Assembly: GCA_007133925.1 (NCBI GenBank)
Contig: SLLU01000095.1
Location: 1 to 39,143, forward strand
DNA: 39,143 nucleotides
Direction: 5' to 3'
DNA from: Candidatus Halarchaeoplasma halalkaliphilum
GTDB taxonomy: Archaea; Thermoplasmatota; Thermoplasmata; Halarchaeoplasmatales; Halarchaeoplasmataceae
A program made the position numbers and the translations under genes. Positions 35,801-39,143 of the stretch are shown in pieces. The notes under the pieces are model-generated. The model searched no databases and had not been told where the DNA came from. It was given only the letters and a program-made list of their open reading frames with translations. Numbering within the stretch: the stretch's first letter is position 1; the number at the start of each line of letters is the position of its first letter.

Positions 35801-37425
35801 CTGCCTTCCTCGGGGATCGTTGTACCTTCTCCTTCCACGGTAATGGTAAGTGTACGTTCAAGAATCGTTGTGAATTCCCATGTCTGAGAAACGCTGCTGT
35901 ATTCCCTGTCATGGGCAACGGCATACCACATGTACGTCATACCCGTTTCAAGGTCGCTCCAAGTAACACTCGCCCGGTTACCGCTTGCCACGTTGGAATC
36001 CACACCGATGATCGTATCGTCTGAGGCATCGTAGAAGGAAACATCCATATTCTGCCCTTCCGGATGATCTACATAGACACTCAATTCCACAGAAGTGCCC
36101 GTTACGGTGGCACCGTCTTCAGGCAAGGGGTTCACCGGTCTCATGGGTCCCTGGAGTATGGTCAATGTGGCCACCTGATACACCGATGTGGGTGCCTCGT
36201 TCAGTTGGGCTATGATACCCACCGAGCCGATCTGTCCCGGAGAGGGGGTATTATCCTCTATATGGGGCACAACAAAGGTCTCAGAGAAAGTACCCGTTGT
36301 GCCAGTTTGGACCGGTATCTGTATATCTCCCATGGGTATGTTCAGGGTGAATTGTTTGGAAGGATGATCCGGGAAACTGCCTTCGATTGTCACCGTATCT
36401 CCCACTGCTGCATGGGATGGTTCCAAGGACAGGGAATTGGGATTGGCAGGAAGGGAATAACTTTCCAGTTCTCTTACCCACTCAACCCTGGGTACATAAT
36501 CCGTGGTGTCTAAAACCTGTTTCACATAATTCTGTACATCGCTGTTATAATATGTGGTCTGGAAACCGCCGTCGTCATATGCCACATCTTCCCAGCCATC
36601 TGCGACTTCTCTTCCCCCGGTGACGTTCACATCAAAAATCTCGTGTATCACGAATGTATCATAAGTCCCTCCGGGTACGGTCACCTGAGATATCTCTTCG
36701 TGAACCTCATTTTCACGGGTATAATTTTCAACATAGGAATGATTACGGACGTCACCCCCTTCTCCGGGTGCGTATACATCATTGAATCCATCCACGTAGA
36801 TCGTATTATCTGCCATGAATTCCGCTCCTAGTGTGATGGGGAAATCATAGTTCTCAATGGTTGGTTCGTGGGCACGAATATTCAGATTATCCACAAATAT
36901 AGGAAATAGCCCTATATCCAATTCATACTGCATCAACTCAAATTCCTCAACTATTCCCAGATCATCCAACCGGTGTAGGATGTATCCCGTTGTGTTACCT
37001 TCTACCACTGTAAAGGGATAAATAGTTCCAGGAGAATTTGCTGGCTCCATATGTCCACTGCCGGATAGTATCTCTCCGTCTAAGGTGAGATTATAGACCG
37101 GTGTGTTAACCCCTTCGATGTCAACGACTTCCAAGGCAGAAACCGTGTAGGTCAACTGCTTTTCCATGGTCATGTTCACCAAAGGTCTACCTGGCAGGGC
37201 TTCATGTAACCAGTACTCTTCATAATATGTCCACGATGATCCGATCGTCCACGTGGGTACATCCGGGGATCCATCATTGGATAGTACCGGTGTATCTTCG
37301 GCAGTCGCGGCAGTGTTATCTTCGTACGAAATTTCTGCAGAACCGTAAATAGAAGACATTCCAAAATTCGTTCCGACCGAGGCTATTACCAAAAAAGTAA
37401 TAATCATCACGCTTATTTTTTCCAT
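32815..37425 (-). CDS. Giant repeat-rich cell-surface protein (adhesin/S-layer-like)
   Basis: About 1536 aa. From N- to C-terminus: a signal peptide (MEKISVMIITFLVIASVGTNFGMSSIYGSAE), a roughly 330-aa unique domain rich in N-x-S/T sequons, and an Ig-like module. Then come two super-repeats, each one Fn3-like module followed by an array of InlB-B-repeat-like modules (core GW[YF]F[AS][GH]WTGD; 4 in the first array, 5 in the second). The C-terminus is a CARDB-like module (FEINITSHDETVKEGEKVTVQYTVTNTGDLSG...), a TM segment (ILLIIMSVIIVLMVL) and a ~100-aa acidic, coiled-coil-like cytoplasmic tail. ATG 37425 has GGAG 8 nt upstream and lies downstream of the TATA box CCTATATAATC. The ORF extends to TTG 37443. 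Confidence 0.8.
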   Translation of the reverse strand: MEKISVMIITFLVIASVGTNFGMSSIYGSAEISYEDNTAATAEDTPVLSNDGSPDVPTWTIGSSWTYYEEYWLHEALPGRPLVNMTMEKQLTYTVSALEVVDIEGVNTPVYNLTLDGEILSGSGHMEPANSPGTIYPFTVVEGNTTGYILHRLDDLGIVEEFELMQYELDIGLFPIFVDNLNIRAHEPTIENYDFPITLGAEFMADNTIYVDGFNDVYAPGEGGDVRNHSYVENYTRENEVHEEISQVTVPGGTYDTFVIHEIFDVNVTGGREVADGWEDVAYDDGGFQTTYYNSDVQNYVKQVLDTTDYVPRVEWVRELESYSLPANPNSLSLEPSHAAVGDTVTIEGSFPDHPSKQFTLNIPMGDIQIPVQTGTTGTFSETFVVPHIEDNTPSPGQIGSVGIIAQLNEAPTSVYQVATLTILQGPMRPVNPLPEDGATVTGTSVELSVYVDHPEGQNMDVSFYDASDDTIIGVDSNVASGNRASVTWSDLETGMTYMWYAVAHDREYSSVSQTWEFTTILERTLTITVEGEGTTIPEEGSHVYNHGESVTVQAIPETGWYFSHWTGDFPPGEGEEDEISITMDSDKNITAHFEIYTYNLTLDIAEGEGAIKVDGDVIEIPYTGVFDHGTVVEIEAVPDANWFFHEWTGDYESTDRIIHVNMIQDYDINAHFAEMLDYLLTIERVGQGSTEPRVGSHSYEEGAVVNVSATPDTGWFFSHWTGDFPPGEEENSNITIIMDDNKTLTAHFSIFTYDLTVDVMGDGEVIIDPEEESYDYGTLVDLQAIPDTGWFFSHWSGDTDSITHGDVNNPHIVIEITEDIVLTAHFEEGPLVPTEPTPANDVTGISSNPELSVFVEHQGGNSMDVYFYDASDDSLIGTNEGVESESRANIVWEGLEHGRLYQWYVSAHDGTYQATSEVWNFTTIDMHNLTISVEGEGSTVPAEGTHSYEHGEEVTITATPELGWYFAGWTGDYTGIEDEITITIDGDKEITAHFEEYRTLTIVVEGEGTTTPTEGQNTYRHGEEVTILAIPDTGWYFAGWTGDYTGIEDEITITMDSDKEITAHFEEYVTLTVSVEGEGFVTIDGVEESLPYSEPYRQGTSVTLEAVPDSGWYFAGWTGDHPDDESEEDIIEIVMDEDKTLEAVFQEFVTLTVTVEGDGTVTLDGETITVPYTSEYRQGTEITLVASPSANMIFTGWTGDHIETEEQITIIIEEDMGIQANFDTAGHVLTINIEGEGRTDPEAGTHTYAPGTEVDLTATPEEGWRFAGWTGGHVDSKEETTVRMNRDRTITARFEVIIPRPAYFEINITSHDETVKEGEKVTVQYTVTNTGDLSGTRTIRLRVDGETVDSYEGLTLGPGESYDGSLVWKSDGSRIFDLRIDAVDEDGTTGGSRVTVSVEVEGAPLFPIPLRSILLIIMSVIIVLMVLKMTGIIFKDDYVPKTSLADFEDGDRMETDAMSVDELKEKYSEYNGYRENYESLENEERTLSAKLDAGEIGSEAYDEGVEKIASEKSELEDKLTRLRDDMVNGNYQRSF
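33538..34650 (-). repeat. In-frame tandem array of 5 InlB-B-repeat-like coding modules (71-80 aa each)
   Basis: Protein repeats run from DMHNLTISVEGEG... to ...RTITARFE. Two adjacent units share a 96-nt stretch with only 3 mismatches (34225-34320 versus 34438-34533), offset by 213 nt (71 codons). Confidence 0.8.
34942..35856 (-). repeat. In-frame tandem array of 4 InlB-B-repeat-like coding modules
   Basis: Protein repeats run from RTLTITVEGEGTTIPEEG...GWYFSHWTGD... to ...IVLTAHFEE. The array is preceded and followed by paralogous Fn3-like modules containing (MDV[SY]FYDASDD...W[EN]FTT). Confidence 0.75.
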
Positions 37426-37517
37426 GTGACTATCTCCTAACAAGATATCAAGCTATGATTATATAGGTTTTTTGGCGAATGGGGGTGTGAACATGCTTAC
37501 CCATGCCTATATCGATG

Positions 37518-39143
37518 TCAATCGTCCATCATCTCATCTGCGTTCGTATTCAAGCTTTCCAAATCCTCTTTATATGATGAAAGTTTGAATCTCTTTTCAA
37601 GGTTCTCAATATATCTTTCTTCGATAGGATTTGTATGCATATCTTCATTTTGTCCTTCTCTGCCGATCTCTTCGTCATCGATCGTTCCCGGGTATTCATC
37701 TTCTCTATTTTTGAACAACCATATGGCGATCACTATCAGTAACAGGGCTAATAATGCCATCACCCATGCCAGTATACCGAGTATCCATGGCAAAGAATCT
37801 TCTTCTTCCACATCTACAGATATGGTTTCCCGTCCATTTTTACCTGCTACACCCATCTCGTAGGTCCCTTCCTCTTCCGGCCTCCAAGAAAAACTCCCGA
37901 GGAATTCCTGGCCCGGTTGAAGGGTTAGAGCTCTATGTGCTTTGATCCGCCTTCCACCCCGTGAGAACTCTATGTCTTGGGTTCCTTGGACTCCACCGGT
38001 GTTTATCACACGGTATTCCACAACGATCCTCTCTCCTGTCTTTACACTTGTATCGTGGTCTACCACGGATATCTCGAAGCGGGCTTCGTCCACAAATACC
38101 GTTGTGGGTCTGGATGTGATTATATCATAAGTAGCGGTGACTGCGTATTCTCCGGGTGAATCCTTGGACAGAACACCCCTCTCTGCATTTAACCATGTGA
38201 AGTCCCTAACATCGTCCGTTATCAGGTTTCCCCATGAGTCCCGCGCCTCTGCGGTGAATTCAATGCTGTATCCCGTGGGAACAACCGGAACCTCCTCAGG
38301 TCCAATGCTCACTGAATGAACAGGACCCGCCTCAACGGTCAGAGTGACTCTGCTCCTCAATTCTCCATGTCTAACGGTGACTGTCCAGATTCCCCCGACC
38401 TCAGCGGTATATTCGTTGCCGTCCCATGAACCTCCTGCGGAGCGATCGATGGTCCATGTGGCGTCTGATGAAACGTCCCCATAAAGATTTCCATATTCGT
38501 CAAAACCGGAAACCGTGAATGTTTGACTTTCGCCAGCAACCATAGATGATGAACTTGGAGAGACTTTGATCGAGTTAGTTGTTCCGGACTCCACCTCCAG
38601 CATGGCAGTATCCTCAAGGGATCCGTAGATACCGGTTACCACCCAGGACCCTGCGATTCTTGATACGTACACGTTATTCATCCACCACCCACCTGCTCCC
38701 ACGTCTATGGACCATGAAACTCTATCCGTCACATCGAATTCGTTTCCGTATCCATCAACCCCTATCGCGGAATAACTCTGTGTGATCCCTGCGGTGATCC
38801 TCGAATCTTTTGGTGTTATCGTTATATCCGCGGCCTCATCAGGGGATACTACTACCCTGATACTTTGGGATATAACTTCCTGATACCCTGCCGTGACTTC
38901 GTATGTACCAGCGGTGGTTTCAAGGAAGACACCGCTGTTGTCTGTATTGGTCCATGAGAACCCAGTATTGTCCTCCTCAACAATGTTACCGAAGGAGTCG
39001 TATGCGATGGCTGAGAATTCGATGGTCTGTCCCGCGGTGATACTTCTTGATGAAGAAGGGGATATGACAACGGTGCTTGCATCCGTGGGTACAACACTAA
39101 CCGCGGTGGATTCCGACGTAACTCCCATGTACGTGGCGGTAAC
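37518..39143 (-). CDS. Cell-surface protein with Ig-like (Big-type) repeats, partial (5' end beyond window)
   Basis: The frame stays open to the window edge. There are four ~90-aa Ig-like repeats with the core [IV].AG.[ST]..[FY][ST]A.[AG].D..GN. (ITAGQTIEFSAIAYDSFGN, ITAGITQSYSAIGVDGYGN, MVAGESQTFTVSGFDEYGN, VPTGYSIEFTAEARDSWGN). A CARDB-like module follows (FEISVVDHDTSVKTGERIVVEYRVINTGGVQG...), then a TM segment (WILGILAWVMALLALLLIVIAIWLF) and a ~65-aa acidic tail. Confidence 0.75.
   Translation of the reverse strand, partial: VTATYMGVTSESTAVSVVPTDASTVVISPSSSRSITAGQTIEFSAIAYDSFGNIVEEDNTGFSWTNTDNSGVFLETTAGTYEVTAGYQEVISQSIRVVVSPDEAADITITPKDSRITAGITQSYSAIGVDGYGNEFDVTDRVSWSIDVGAGGWWMNNVYVSRIAGSWVVTGIYGSLEDTAMLEVESGTTNSIKVSPSSSSMVAGESQTFTVSGFDEYGNLYGDVSSDATWTIDRSAGGSWDGNEYTAEVGGIWTVTVRHGELRSRVTLTVEAGPVHSVSIGPEEVPVVPTGYSIEFTAEARDSWGNLITDDVRDFTWLNAERGVLSKDSPGEYAVTATYDIITSRPTTVFVDEARFEISVVDHDTSVKTGERIVVEYRVINTGGVQGTQDIEFSRGGRRIKAHRALTLQPGQEFLGSFSWRPEEEGTYEMGVAGKNGRETISVDVEEEDSLPWILGILAWVMALLALLLIVIAIWLFKNREDEYPGTIDDEEIGREGQNEDMHTNPIEERYIENLEKRFKLSSYKEDLESLNTNADEMMDD

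Noticed and set aside
33538-35856. Regular ~213-240-nt periodicity that could be mistaken for a repeat array or CRISPR-like locus
   Set aside because: The repeats are in-frame protein domain repeats inside one long ORF. The units are far longer than CRISPR repeats and there is no repeat/spacer alternation. No cas genes are present in the window.

Overview
Archaeal chromosomal segment. Evidence: PolD large subunit, FEN1, an archaeal-size SRP RNA, cofactor-independent archaeal phosphoglycerate mutase, TATA-box promoters about 25 nt upstream of starts, and oligo-T terminators. It looks euryarchaeal or Thermoplasmatota-like, but I cannot place it further without a database search. Positions 1-25.6 kb are densely packed housekeeping genes: valS, a class I/II aminotransferase, PolD DP2, fen, tRNA-Gly(GCC), an EamA transporter, SRP RNA, a Trm9-like methyltransferase, DUF92, apgM, a PF04008-like protein, leuS and a glmU-like/glmS/DUF63 operon. 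Two signalling/ATPase modules interrupt this block: an active plus P-loop-degenerate KaiC-like pair that appears co-transcribed with fen, and an output-less REC-3xPAS protein tightly coupled to an AAA_16/STAND NTPase. Positions 25.7-39.1 kb are an accessory cell-envelope region. It holds an RHH regulator, DUF488, an uncharacterised trio (a 431-aa membrane-anchored exoprotein plus two paralogous pilin-like small proteins), a DtxR/MntR regulator, a divergent adenylate-kinase paralog, a GT1 glycosyltransferase, a sulfotransferase, a ~1540-aa repeat-rich surface protein and part of a second Ig-repeat surface protein. The ORF track misses two RNA genes, which I read from the sequence: tRNA-Gly(GCC) at 10785-10857 (-) and an SRP RNA at about 15045-15357 (-). 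I saw no CRISPR array, transposase, integrase or recognisable defence nuclease. The best candidates for undescribed biology are the pilin-like trio, the REC-PAS/STAND pair, the KaiC pair linked to fen, and the glycosyltransferase/sulfotransferase/giant surface protein locus with its CARDB-TM-acidic-tail anchor. All family assignments rest on motif recognition by eye, not on searches. Several starts are chosen from SD or TATA context and may be off by a few codons.
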